Assembly: GCF_006345805.1 (NCBI RefSeq)
Contig: NC_043009.1
Coordinates: 43,152,001-43,216,000, forward strand
Source: Octopus sinensis
Lineage: Eukaryota
Length of the DNA stretch: 64,000 nucleotides
Direction of reading: 5' to 3'
Below, one piece after another: positions 40,331 through 53,409 of this stretch. Each line of letters starts with the position of its first letter. Position 1 is the first letter of the stretch. The notes under the pieces are model-generated. The model made no database searches. It had not been told where the DNA came from and saw only the letters and a list, made by a program, of their open reading frames with translations. Made by a program: the position numbers and the translations under genes.

Positions 40331-40689
40331 GGGTTTTTAATGTTTATAGAGAAGCTAACAGAAACACACACATATACACACACATATGCATGCATGTGCA
40401 GAAATATACACATGTATACTGAGAGAATTAGAAAGAGGGAGGGGGGTAACATTGCAATTTATTAAATAAATACAATTGGCATAACTAGTTTTCCCCTTCT
40501 TATACACATATAGAGAAATATGCAGACACACATAAATTAGGCAAAATGGGAGAAAAGAGGAGAGAAGGTGAGAAGCATAAAAAATTCTGATGTCAAATAA
40601 GTCAGCATCAAATCAGTGATGCCAAATAGGCAGGGGCCAAAACAGCAAGGCCAAAACAGCAGGGCCAAAACATCTCATACCCTTTGAGA

Positions 40690-40880
40690 AGATGGGGGTT
40701 AGTTGGTGCCATCAATCTTAATATTAGACTGATACTTCATTCTATCAATCCCAAACAGAAAGATGGAAGGCAAAGTTGACCCCAGCAGCATTTGAAATCA
40801 GGATGTGAAGAAGCAGAAGAAATGCCACTGCAAGACATTTTATCTGACATTCTAACAATTCCACTATCTTGCTGCCTTTA
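40690..40880 (-). mobile_element. SINE family B (diverged)
   Basis: gatggaaggcaaagttgacc core. Confidence 0.55.
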
Positions 40881-41355
40881 AATGGAATCATAATGAAGAT
40901 AATCCTCAAAGGTGTTTTGAAGCCAAAGATTTTTTGGTTAAGAATAATAAAGGGGTTGGAATGTTTTGGTGTTTCTTGTGAGTATTAGCATCATAAATGA
41001 AGCTACAACTAGCATTATTAAAACAAATTATGCTAATTTCAAATTAGGACATTTCTCATTTTAACAAAATCTAATTGATGGTAACAACCATGTTAGATAT
41101 GGTTCCAAGCACAATTGCTCATTCATCCAAATAATAGTTATATGTTTTCTCTCTCTGTTAAGGGTTAATAATTAATTTCTGATTAATATAAATTGGTTTC
41201 TGGTTGATAATTAAAAATCTCCTGTGAAAATATTTGAAAAGAATATGGAGTCAAAGTGTTATGTTTAGTGTTGTTACCCCAGGTTAACAAATTTGATATG
41301 AACATGTTATGACAGATTTACCCTAGGTTGATGATATGACAAAAATTATTGTATG

Positions 41356-42400
41356 TATCAGGTCATCCCATAAGTTCTGTTCGAATTTTGAATAAAGAAA
41401 ACAAGTGATCAACTGTTATATTTAATTGAGATTTAATCATCAATGTACTTTCCCTGATTATCTATGACTTCCTTCCATCTATTTACAGGCTTTTTAATAC
41501 CATCAATGTAAAACTCTTTTGGTTTCAAAGTGATGAACTCTGAAATGTCTGTTCTGACCTCCTCCTGCCTTGAGAAAGTTATGTCCCCCAAATGTTCTGT
41601 AAACTATGAAACTAATGGTAGTCTGAAGGAGCCAGGTTGGGAGAATAAGGTGGATGAAGAATTTTTTCCCAACCAAGCTCTTTGATCTTCTGTGATGTGA
41701 TCTTAGCAGTGTGGGGTTGTGCATTGTCCTGATGAAACACTAAAGTGGGTCATTTTTCTTCAAAGCTTAGTTCAAATGCTCTAATTGCTGACAGTAGACT
41801 GATTGTTGAATTAGGTGGTAACAATTTTCAAAGTGAATTACTCCTTTGCAATCCCACCAGAACCTTTTCCCCATGAAGTTCCCCTCTCAGTTGTGGTTGA
41901 GCTTTTTCCCTTTTACCAAGCCACTATTTACAATGCTTAACATTTCGATAAAAGATCCATTTTTCGTCACCAGTCACAAGTCTATCCAAAAAGGGTGAAA
42001 TGAGTTTGTGAGAATGGAGAGAAGAGCAGATGTCAACTCGGGTTGCTTTTGGACAATTCATGAGGCACCCATTTTTCAAGTTGTTGAAGATGACGATGAA
42101 TAGTTGTATGGTTTGAACTAAGCTTTATTGCCAATTCTTTAGAAGATATAATGCAGGATTTTCTTCAAGTAATGCCTCAAGGAGCTTACCATGAAACTCA
42201 GCTGGATGTCCTGTTCAATCTTCCTCTTCAAGGCTGAAATCTCCACTTCTGAATTTTGCAAACCATCTTCTGCAAGTTCTTTCATCCAAGCATTCTTTCC
42301 CATTAGCTGAGTGTATGTTTCAAGTCGTTTCGGCTGTAGAGTTTCCTTTTTTGTACTATGGTGAAACTGTTTGTGAAATGGACAAGAATCACAGACCCGA
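41356..42400 (-). pseudogene. mariner transposase remnant
   Basis: ERTCRRWFAKFRSGDFSL, WVPHEL, LVTGDEKWIFY, WWDCKGVIHFE; tatcaggtcatcccataag TIR-like end. Confidence 0.9.
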
Positions 42401-42609
42401 GACAATACATTGCAGTCTTCAGCCAAGCCTTTGCCAATATTTTCATGATCCAGGTCTGCTTGGAGAGAAGAAAGTAAAGGCAGATACAGAGGTAGTCTTC
42501 CCCAATAAATTTCTTGAAAGTGAGGTGAGAGTATCAAGAACAACCCAGGTAAATTGCTCTTTTCTGAGCATGCACTTGCTAACTAGAGTATTTACAACTG
42601 AAATATATT

Positions 42610-42838
42610 TCTTTACTACCCACAAGGGGATAAATACAGAGGGGACAAACAAGGATAGACAAAGGGATTAAGTCGACTACATCGACCCCAGTGCGTAACT
42701 GGTACTTAATTTATCGACCCCGGAAGGATGAAAGGCAAAGTCGACCTCGGCGGAATTTGAACTCGGAACGTAACGACAGACAAAATACGGCTACGAATTT
42801 CACCCGGCATGCTAACGTTTCTACCAGCTCGCCGCCTT
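42610..42838 (-). mobile_element. SINE family B (young)
   Basis: Close to the family consensus, CpGs retained. Confidence 0.85.
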
Positions 42839-43000
42839 ATTTACAACTGAAATAGGTTGCTTAATCTTGGTGTCCAAGGTAATTCTGGATTTGTGCAGTT
42901 CCTTAATTGGCCCTAAACAGCATTTCTAACTTCTAGGCACTCTCTCACAAATTTGTAAATGGAATTCACCATTACTACATTTTTCCCCCCTTTTCCTCTT

Positions 43001-43081
43001 TCAGTTGGAATCAATGTGACCAACAGAGGCATTCTTGTAAAAATTGTCAATGGAATGCTTCCCTTCTCCTTGTCCATTAAC
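43001..43081 (-). CDS. Candidate terminal coding exon (VNGQGEGKHSIDNFYKNASVGHIDSN*)
   Basis: cttcttttattgtttcag acceptor, phase 0, stop after 26 codons; no homolog recognised. Confidence 0.3.
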   Translation of the reverse strand, partial: VNGQGEGKHSIDNFYKNASVGHIDSN

Positions 43082-43298
43082 CTGAAACAATAAAAGAAGC
43101 AAATATTATTATTGATATTGCTATTCTCATCCACATCATCATCATCGTCGTCGTCGTCATCGTCGTCATCGTCATCATCATCATCCACATTGTCATCATC
43201 ATCAAACATTTACCTTCTCCTCATCACAGTTGTCATCATCTTCAGCTTCACAATCATCATCACCACCATTATCATCATCGTCGTCGTCGTCGTCGTCG

Positions 43299-43337
<39 letters not shown>

Positions 43338-43365
43338 ACATCATCACCATCATCACCATCATCAC

Positions 43366-43413
<48 letters not shown>

Positions 43414-45476
43414 TTTCAACATCATCATCGTTATTATCATCACTACCACCACAACCCTCATCGTCACCATCACCTCCATCATCATCATCATCACTTCCAT
43501 CATTATCAACATCATCATCATCATCATCATGAAGAGCAGCAGCAGCACAATTATTAATCTTTATTTATTTATTTATTATTTATTTATTTCATTTTTTTGG
43601 CAATGTTCCTAACCTCACCAACTCTGACACGCTCTGCACAACCAACAACCAAAAACATCACCAACAACAACACCAAGCACACCACTGCCAAACACGACCA
43701 CTACCAACATCAACACCACCCACACTGACCCCCCTCTTGCCACCACCACCACCATCATCACCAACACTATCATTACCAACATCACTGCCGTCACTACCAC
43801 CACCTTCACCACCACCACCACAATCACCAAACACCACTACTACTACTAACACCAACACCAGCAACACCAACATCAGCACCTCCACCAACACCACCACCAC
43901 TATCTTCTCTCCTTGCAGAAGCTTTTGAAAGATGCTTCCATGGTAAATGGCAGCAGTAGTGGTGGTCGTGGGGGCATGGGGTTGGCAGCAGTGATGATGG
44001 TATTGGTGATGGTAGTGGCAGTGATACTGGTTGTAGTAGTGTTGGTGGTGATCGTAGTGGTGGTGGTGGTGGTGGTAGTGGTAGTGGTGGTGGAGGTTCT
44101 CACAATGGTGGTGGTATTGGTGGTAGTGGTGATGGTGGTAGTGGTGGAGGTTCTCAGAATGGTGGTGGTATTGGTGGTGGTGATGGTGGTAGTGTTGGAG
44201 GTTCTCACAATGGTGGTGGTATTGGTGGTGGTGATGGTGGATGTTCTCACAATGGTGGTGGTGGTGGTATTGCTGGTGGTAGTGGTGGAGTTTCTCACAA
44301 TGGTGGTGGTATAGGTGGTGGTGATGGTGGTGATGGTGGAGGTTCTCACAATGGTGGTGGTGGTGGTGGTGGAGGAGGGGAGTAAGAGTGAAGGTGCTGG
44401 TGATAACATTGATGGTGATGGCAGAGCAGATTCTTGTTCAAGCGAATGTAAAAAAAAAATAATAAATAAATAAATAAATAAAAATAGAAAATAATAAAAA
44501 ACAAACAAATACACACACGCTACAATTCTTCTCCTCTGTAGAAAGAAGCGGTGCCTCTCTGTAACAATCTAATGACCACAATTAACCATTAATTATACTC
44601 TAATCCTGGCTTTTAGCTGGCAATCAAATCTGAAGAATTTCTTTTTTTACTCCTCATCTGCTAATTGTTCCTGATAATAACGTAACCATTTCCTTATTGT
44701 TTGTTTTGTGTGTTTATTTTGTTTTGTTATTGTTCTTTTTATATTTTGTAGGAAAGTTTTTGTGATTTTATTTACTTTATTTTAGATTTTATGTTTGCGT
44801 GTGTTGTTTTGTTATTTGTTATATTTTGGGAAGGTTTTTCTTCTTTTTTTTACTTGGTCTTAGCAGTTTTTTTTTGGGTTTCTATTTTCTACTTTTTTGT
44901 TTGTTTGTTTGTTTTATGATTTTTTTTCATTTTTGATTGTTGTTTTTCTTTATTATCATTTACATAAGTGTATATGTCATTTATACACACATACATACAT
45001 ACATACTAATATATATGCATGTATACATGTATTATATGCAAATACACACACACACACATATATACATCTACAAACACACACACATATATGTATATATGTA
45101 TATTTATGCATATATGTATGTATGTATATATATATATACTCACACATATATATATGTATATGTATATATGTATATATACACACACATATATACATAGGTA
45201 TATGGATGCACACACACATACACACATATATATACATGCATGCATACATGCATGTATGCATGTAATTATATATATACACATGTATATATACATACATATA
45301 TACATACATACATACATACATATATACATACATTCATACAAGCATACATACAAACATACATACATTCATACATACATACATACATACATTCATACATACA
45401 TACATACATACATACATACATGCATACATACATACATACATACATGCATACATGCATACATACATACATACATACA

Positions 45477-45507
<31 letters not shown>

Positions 45508-45826
45508 GATAATGATTTAATATAGACAATGATAGGCAGAGAACAGCTGCAGAAAGCAAGAAAGACGACATGAGATGATGAGAGATATTACAAAGAGTCT
45601 GGTGTTTGCTAATATGGAATTACATATGTAACACTGATAATGCTTACGAAGATAATGTTGATGGTGGATGAAGATAATAATGTTGAGAAAGAATATCTTG
45701 AGATGAGATGGTGATATTTATCAACCTCAATCGTTTTAGTGATTCCAATATGAATTACTATATTCCTGTCATTATATGCATGAGTACAAATATTCACACA
45801 CGTGTTACACACACTCACATGTGTGT

Positions 45827-45867
<41 letters not shown>

Positions 45868-45897
45868 CATGTGTGGGCTTTTTCGTTTTTCCTCTTT

Positions 45898-45924
45898 CTG
45901 ATGAAGAGCTATGCTCGAAACATC
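45898..45924 (+). ncRNA. Decayed minimal hammerhead core
   Basis: CTGATGA-A-GAGC-tat-GCTC-GAAA-CATC; stem I not preserved. Confidence 0.5.
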
Positions 45925-45989
45925 ACACCCTCTCATTTTTTTTTTTTCATCTTAAACTTTCTCTGAGTGTCAATTTAATTCATTCACAG

Positions 45990-46405
45990 GGTACATCTTC
46001 TTGTTTTTCAAATTCAAGATCGAGATCAAAATGGATATTGTGGTTGAGGCTGATGCCAGTCCTGCCTGACTGGCACTTGTGTTGGTGCATGTAATAAGCA
46101 CCTTTCAAGTGTAGGTCAATGCCAGTTCCTAACTGTCTCCCTGTGCTGGTGGCACATAGAAAGCACCATCCGGATGTGGTCGATGCCAGTGCCACCTGAC
46201 TGGCTCGTTAAATGCTAGTGGCACGTAAAAAGCACCCCCTACACTCCCAGAGTGGTTGACATTAGGAAGGGCATCCAGCTGTGGAAACCTTGCCAGATCA
46301 GACTGGAGTCTGGCACAGCCTTTTGGTTTGCCAGTCCCCAGTCAAACCATCCAACCCATGCCAGCATGGAAAACGGATGTTAAACGATGATGATGATGAT
46401 GATTA
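45990..46405 (+). mobile_element. SINE family C
   Basis: aggaagggcatccagc core and (atg)n tail. Confidence 0.75.
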
Positions 46406-46781
46406 TCACACTCTCACATGGATCTTCCAGCAGTGATATGGAGTACTTAATTGTTGGATTACTTTACACTTGGATTACATTACACCACTGAATTCCCCCA
46501 GAGGTGCCCAAGCCTGGCTGCAATCTAATGACAGAAAGAAGATAAAAGAAGTTTGCTAACCAACCATATGGTTCTGGGTTCAGTCCTACTGTGTGGCACC
46601 TTGAGTAAGTGTCTCAACTATAGCCTCAGGCCAACCAAAGCCTTGTTAGTGGATTTGGGAGATGGAAACTGAAAGAAGCCTGTAGAGGACTTGCCTGCAA
46701 GATTCCTGCTAGCACTGGTCAAACCATCCAACCAATGCTAGCATGGAAAATGGACATTAAAGTATGATGACCACCACCATT

Positions 46782-46823
<42 letters not shown>

Positions 46824-47009
46824 TTAATCGCTGCTGCTGCTGCCACCACCACCACCACCATTATCATCACCCTCATCATCATCATCATTGTCCCTGCTGC
46901 TACTGTCATCATCATTGTCATTGTTGTTTTCATCTAAATCCTCATCACCATCATCATCATGGCTGTCATCATCATCATCATCATCATCACACCACAGTAC
47001 TAAGCTTAC

Positions 47010-47087
47010 TTCTAGTTCCTCTAATTCGTTTTTATTATTCAGTTCAGCACACACAAGTGAAATGATTAGGGAGAAATATGATAGACC
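47010..47087 (-). CDS. Candidate coding exon (GLSYFSLIISLVCAELNNKNELEELE)
   Basis: aag acceptor after a pyrimidine tract, GAA|gtaagc donor, phase 0 at both ends. Confidence 0.3.
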
Positions 47088-47622
47088 CTTTAAATTAATA
47101 TTTAACACAGAAGTAAAAGCAAGAAAGAAAAAAAAAAAAGAAAGAAAGAAAGATGGTAATGGTCATGAATACTCAAGCTCTCTCGTAATAATTCATCGTT
47201 ATAACATTGTTAATTGGGTAGTAAAAATATTAACAAGACTAGAGAGAAAGATATGAAAAATAATGATTGCATTTAGAATACACCACCTACAATCTGATTC
47301 ACAAACATATCTATTGCAAATATAAAGAAACGAGAGATTTATGCAAATAGAAAACTATTATGAAATACCCACAGAGGGACTACGAAAATATCATGTATAG
47401 AAACTAATGTAAAGGTGAACAAAACTGAAAGAAAACAATGTGCAGACAGTGAAGTGATGGGCATTTGCAGGGGGGGGGGAGAAGAGGGGAAACAAATGAA
47501 ATTAAGAAAAGGTTAGAAACTAATCTAAAAAATGGTGTGGGTGGATGTTATGGCAAAGCAATGGCAAGGAAAGACCTTATATGGTTATCATCAACAACAT
47601 TCATTATCATCGCCATCATCAT

Positions 47623-47659
<37 letters not shown>

Positions 47660-48472
47660 GTTTAACGTCTGCTTTCCAAGATATAGCACCCCCCATCCCC
47701 CACCAGATCATCTCAGATCCTCCTCCATGTTTAACAGTTGGAAGAAGGCAGTCTGGGTCAAATGCTTCTTTTGGCTGTCTCCACATGTATACTTTGCCGG
47801 TGGTCGGAAATAAGGTAAAGGATGACATGTCTGAGATAAAAACATTCTTCAACTCATCTAGGGACCAATTCTGTCGGTTTTTACTCCACTCTAAACGCTT
47901 TGCAACATTTATTTTTTAAAGTAGTGGTTTTCTAATTGCAGCCCTCCTTTGAAATCTGACTTTGTGCAGCTTCCAGTGAACAGTTTTTATGGAAACTGGG
48001 TTCTCGAGGTGGTTATTAGTCTCTGCAGTAATTTTGGGAGCTGTACTTTTGTGATCCCTTCTAACAATTTGCTTAAGTGTCTGATGGTTCCTATCTGAAA
48101 GTTTTGGCTTTCTTCGGGAGTTTTGTTTCAACAAGGAGGTTTTTACCTCTTTCTCAAAAGCTGTCATTACTTTCAAGACAGTACTTGTAGATACACCAAA
48201 CATTTCAGCTGTTTTTGTTATGCTAACACTTGCCATATGAGCACCAACAATTTGACCTCTTTGAAAGTCCAATAGATCTGTCATTTTAAAGAATTTTAAT
48301 TACCTTTTTCATATGATATCTGAAAAGCAACAGTAATTTTAGCAAAACATATTAAGCAACACTAATAATAAATAAAATACATAAAAATAAACAAGTTTTT
48401 GATGGTTTTATAGATATTTCAAAATTATGATGCTATGATGCTAGGTGTTTCCATTATTTTGCCCAACCCTAC
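47660..48472 (-). pseudogene. Tc1-family transposon 5' half
   Basis: FQRGQIVGA HTH start, AAIRKPLL, PTVKHGGGSEMIW; TIR-like ggcaaaataatggaaacacc. Confidence 0.9.
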
Positions 48473-48863
48473 TCTCTTTACTCTTTTACTTGTTTCAGTC
48501 ATTTGACTGTGGCCATGCTGGAGCACCGCCTTTAGTCGACCAAATTGACCCTAGGACTTATTCTTTGTAAGCCTAGTACTTATTCTTTCGGTCTCTTTTG
48601 CCGAACCGCTAAGTTACGGGGACATAAACACACCAGCATTGGTTGTAAATCGATGTTGGGGGGACAAACACAGATACACAAATACACACACACACATATA
48701 TATATATACGACAGGCTTCTTTCAGTTTCCATCTACCAAATCCACTCACAAGGCTTTGGTTGGCCCGAGGCTATAGTAGAAGACACTTGCACAAAGTGCC
48801 ACACAGTGGGACTGAACCCAGAACCATGTGATTGGTAAGCAAGCTACTTACCACACCACCACT
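48473..48863 (-). mobile_element. SINE family A
   Basis: Full-length reverse-complement match to the 5383 unit. Confidence 0.85.
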
Positions 48864-49273
48864 TGTGTGTCTGTGTTTCTCCCCCCCTGCCCACAATCAC
48901 TTGATGTTGCTGTGTTTATGTCCTCCTAACTTAGCAGTACAGCAAAAGAGACCGATACAATAAGTACTAGGCTTCCAAAGAATAAGTCCTGGGGTTGATT
49001 TATTCGACTAATAGGCGGTGCTCCAGCATGGCCACAATCAAAATGACTGGAACAAATAAAAGAATAAAAGAAACTGTAACAGACACAATGAAATACTTTT
49101 TTTTTAATATGGTAATAAAAATAAAAGCATAAAAAAATAAAAACAGAAATAAAATATAAAACATAATGCAAAAATACAATAAGAGAAAGAAGAAAAAAAT
49201 TTAATGGCATTTTTATGGTTTCATGCTTCCTTTTACTTGTGTTAATATGCATTTTCAATTTATAATAAGTTAC

Positions 49274-49327
49274 CAAATATATTCCTCTTTCTTTTAATAT
49301 GATCACATATGTTGGTATTGTTAGCAT
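49274..49327 (-). CDS. Candidate first coding exon part (MLTIPTYVIILKERGIYL); exon 49274-49420
   Basis: First ATG of the exon in aaaATG context, TTG|gtaact donor in phase 0. Confidence 0.25.
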
Positions 49328-50303
49328 TTTCTGTTGGTTTGGTAGACAGCTTGTCTTTTGTGTGTTTGGTGGAAGTCAGGTTTTCTGTACGTAACTTCCT
49401 TTGTGATTTTTTTTTCAGTCCTGTATTGACACACACATTGCATGAATATACATGAACGTATACACAAATACGCATACTCCCACACGCATGTGCACGCACA
49501 CACCCACACATAAATACGCATGCATAAATACACATGCGTACACAAACATATAGATACACACATACACAAGCACAGACATACAAATGCACATGCGCACATG
49601 CACACATGCACACACATGCATATGCAAACACACACACATGTACAAACGCACATGCATACAAAAACACATTCACATACACACGTGCAGGCACATACACACA
49701 CATGAACAAATGCACATACATACAAAAACACATATAAACACACGCTTGCAAGCACATACACACATGTGCATACACAAACACACCGGAACATGTGTGCAGA
49801 CACAGACATGCATAAGCATACACATATATAAACACATACACATACACATACATATGTATACACACACGGACAAACACATATACACATACACGCACACACA
49901 ACCACACACACATACCAGCCTATCTGATCACACAAACACACATGCATGTGCACATGCACACACACACACATCCTTTCAGGGTCAATAAATTAAGTACCAA
50001 TTGTATACTGGTGTCAATCTAATTGACTGGACCCCTCCCCCAAAATTTCAGGCCTTGTGCGTAGAGTAGAAAAGAATATTAAAGGCAATAAGAAATGTTA
50101 GCACACCAGGCAAGATGCTTAGCTGTATTTCATCTGTCTTTACATTCCGAGTTCAAATTCTGCCACGGTCAGTTTTGCCTTTCATCCTTTTGGGGGTCGA
50201 TAAATTAAGTACCAGTTTCATACTGGGTCAATCTAATCGACTGGCCCCTTCCCCCAAAATTTCAGACTTTGTGACTAGAATAGTAGAGAATATATTCTCT
50301 TAC

Positions 50304-50355
50304 TTTCTGCACACAGTGTTCAAAACCCCATCAAAATTGGCTGATTTTCTGCCTC
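50304..50355 (-). other. Candidate 5'UTR exon
   Basis: tttttattaactcag acceptor, AAA|gtaaga donor. Confidence 0.25.
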
Positions 50356-50494
50356 CTGAGTTAATAAAAATATGCCCATCAATAGCAATGTCTTGCAAGA
50401 ACTATTGCTTTATGTCACCAAATGCCTAAATATACTGGAACTAATTCACTATGTTCCATGTTCAAATCCTTATACTTATATATATATATATGTT

Positions 50495-50790
50495 GTGAAG
50501 GTGCATGGCTTAGTGGTTAGGGTATTCGGCTGGTGATTCCCGGTGACATGTTTTGTCCTTGAGCAAGATCCTTTATTTCATTTTGCTCCAGTCCATTCAG
50601 CTGGCATAAATGAGTTGTTCCTATATTTCAAAGGGCCGGCCTTGTCACACTTTCTGTCATGCTGAATCTCCTTGAGATCTACGTTAGGGATACTCTTGTC
50701 TGTGGATTGCTCAATCACTTGCATGTTAATTTCACGAACAGGCTGTTCTGTTGATCGTGTCAGCTGGGACCCTCGTCATCGTAACCAACG
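50495..50790 (+). mobile_element. SINE family D variant
   Basis: ggcttagtggttaggg A box and cttgagcaagat..ttgctccagtccattcagctg core. Confidence 0.65.
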
Positions 50791-50799
50791 GATTGCACC

Positions 50800-50840
<41 letters not shown>

Positions 50841-50848
50841 ATATATAT

Positions 50849-51696
50849 ACTTATATTTAAATAATAAGGGTGACAAATTGAATATTAATTTGATTAATAT
50901 CAATTTAAAACCGGTGGCCTAGCATATTGAACAGTCTGAAGAATCAGAAAATTTATATTACAAAAATTTTAGAGGGATGATCCCTAAGTGGACATCCATT
51001 ATGCTGAGGTAGAGCCCATATGGTCTGACCACTAAGAAAAGACTGTTCTCAAGAAAATTCAGCAAATGCCAGAATGTAAGCAAGTACTTTATATTTTATA
51101 TCTTCTCATTTGCCTTGCTCACTTACATTCTGGTGTTTGCTGAATTTTCTTGAGAACAATCATTTCTTAGTGGTCAGACCATATGGGGTCTCCCTCTAGC
51201 ATAATGGATGTCCACTTAGTGGTCATCCCTCTTATATGTATATACTTATATATATATATATATATTATATATATATATGTGTGTGTGTGTGTATATATAT
51301 ACTTATATTTAAATAATAAGGGTGACAAATTGAATATTAATTTGATTAATATCAATTTAAAACCGGTGGCCTAGCATATTGAACAGTCTGAAGAATCAGA
51401 AAATTTATATTACAAAAATTTTAGAGGGATGATCCCTAAGTGGACATCCATTATGCTGAGGTAGAGCCCATATGGTCTGACCACTAAGAAAAGACTGTTC
51501 TCAAGAAAATTCAGCAAATGCCAGAATGTAAGCAAGTACTTTATATTTTATATCTTCTCATTTGCCTTGCTCACTTACATTCTGGTGTTTGCTGAATTTT
51601 CTTGAGAACAATCATTTCTTAGTGGTCAGACCATATGGGGTCTCCCTCTAGCATAATGGATGTCCACTTAGTGGTCATCCCTCTTATATGTATATA

Positions 51697-51700
<4 letters not shown>
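50849..51700. repeat. 452-bp tandem duplication, each unit holding a 262-bp inverted repeat
   Basis: Units start at 50849 and 51301; inverted repeats at 50971-51232 and 51423-51684. Confidence 0.9.
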
Positions 51701-51730
<30 letters not shown>

Positions 51731-51734
<4 letters not shown>

Positions 51735-51935
51735 ATCCAAATAAGAAAGCACAAAAAAACACAACAACGCGAGGACGTGGAACAAATATAATATTATTGG
51801 ACGCTCAGGAAAGAAGGAAAGAAGGAGGGTTTAACGTTTTGAGCGGAGCTCTTCGTCGGAAACATAGGAGAAGGAAAGATCCAGAGAAGGGAAGACAGAG
51901 GGAAAAAGATTGTCAACGGTACACACGCGGTCACA
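51731..51935 (-). mobile_element. Solo pLTR-like element with decayed hammerhead (51829-51863)
   Basis: GTTT-CCGACGA-A-GAGC-tcc-GCTC-AAAA-CG-TT-AAAC; 3' end abuts (TA)n. Confidence 0.6.
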
Positions 51936-51967
51936 TTTATATATGTATATATTTATATGTATATGTG

Positions 51968-52000
<33 letters not shown>

Positions 52001-52031
52001 ATGTGTGGGTATATATATACATATATATATG

Positions 52032-52080
<49 letters not shown>

Positions 52081-52257
52081 ATATCTATTTCTAGCAGCAC
52101 ATGGTGATGCATTAAGCTGACCCCTTGTTATAATTATGTATATAATTATAAAATGAATTGTAAATACATACATACATATAAATATATATATACACATATA
52201 CATATATATATGTTCACACATACATACATACATACATATATGTGTGTGTGTGTGTAT

Positions 52258-52660
52258 GTATATAAAAATACAGTGTACATTTAAACACATAAGAGGAAAT
52301 CTGACCCGCTAGAAGGAGTAGTTAAACTCCAAACCACTATTAGGGGTAATTTCGAAAGGGAATGAAAAATAAAAATATTTACCCTCTATTTAAACACAAG
52401 GCATATTCTGTATCACCTTGTCTTTATAAGTTAATCTTGGCTTTCCTACTGATGAGAGCTTCACCAAGTAAATTATTATATTTGCTGAAGATAGCTTGAA
52501 ACCATGGTATAGGAAATAGAGGGTAAATGTTTTTATTTTTCATTCCCTGTCGAAATTACCCCTACTAGTGGTTTGGAGTTTAACTACTCCTTCTAGAGGG
52601 TAAGATGTCCTGTTATGGCCATTTCTTATGTGCTTAAATGTACACTGTATTTTTATATGA
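52258..52660. mobile_element. Asymmetric inverted pLTR-like pair
   Basis: 52258-52391 is the reverse complement of about 52514-52660. Confidence 0.75.
52442..52516 (+). ncRNA. Type-I hammerhead ribozyme, complete core
   Basis: TTTCCTA-CTGATGA-GAGCT...AGCTT-GAAA-CCATGG-TA-TAGGAAA; 7-bp stem I, palindromic ACCATGGT stem III, GUA site. Confidence 0.85.
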
Positions 52661-53079
52661 ACAATATATAGTCTATTGACTAGTTTTTTTCTTCTCACTA
52701 GACCACTGGTAGCAAAGAAATTTTCTTAATTTTTTTTGCTGCCCTGGAATTTATTAATAATGATATGTATGTATGTATATATATACATACTTATATATGT
52801 ATGTATAACATATACATATTATCTCCCTTTCGTTCAGCCTTCTTCTGGCTATTTCATCATGTTGAACCGTTAATCCCTACAAAATGTTCTTTTCTCTCTT
52901 TTGTTTTCCTTTGATTCTCTCTTCCTTTTTTTCCACTTAATCTTTTGCATCAAAGGGTCAAAATGTAAAAGACTTTCCCATTCTACCTGTGCATCGATGT
53001 AAGACAACTGTTTGTTGTTCCTTCACCTGCCTTCATCCTTTGTTTTCTGTAAATTTGAACAATATATAACATACACACT

Positions 53080-53127
<48 letters not shown>

Positions 53128-53409
53128 AATATCTATATATGTATATATTATATAGGTAGTTAGGGTAAATCCCATCTGTTTTTTCTTCAAGCATATCTGC
53201 TTATTCTATTATTCAATGAAATATATGGTCACAGTTGCTGCTGTACATTAATTTAAACCCATATTAAAATTGAGAATTATGGAAATATTTGTAGTGTTAT
53301 TGTATAATGAAACAGTAAAGTGAAAACATTTTGGGGTTACTTATTATATAATAAATTGTACCAGAATATTACCACTTTCCTAGTTTCTCTTATATATATA
53401 TTCTTATAT

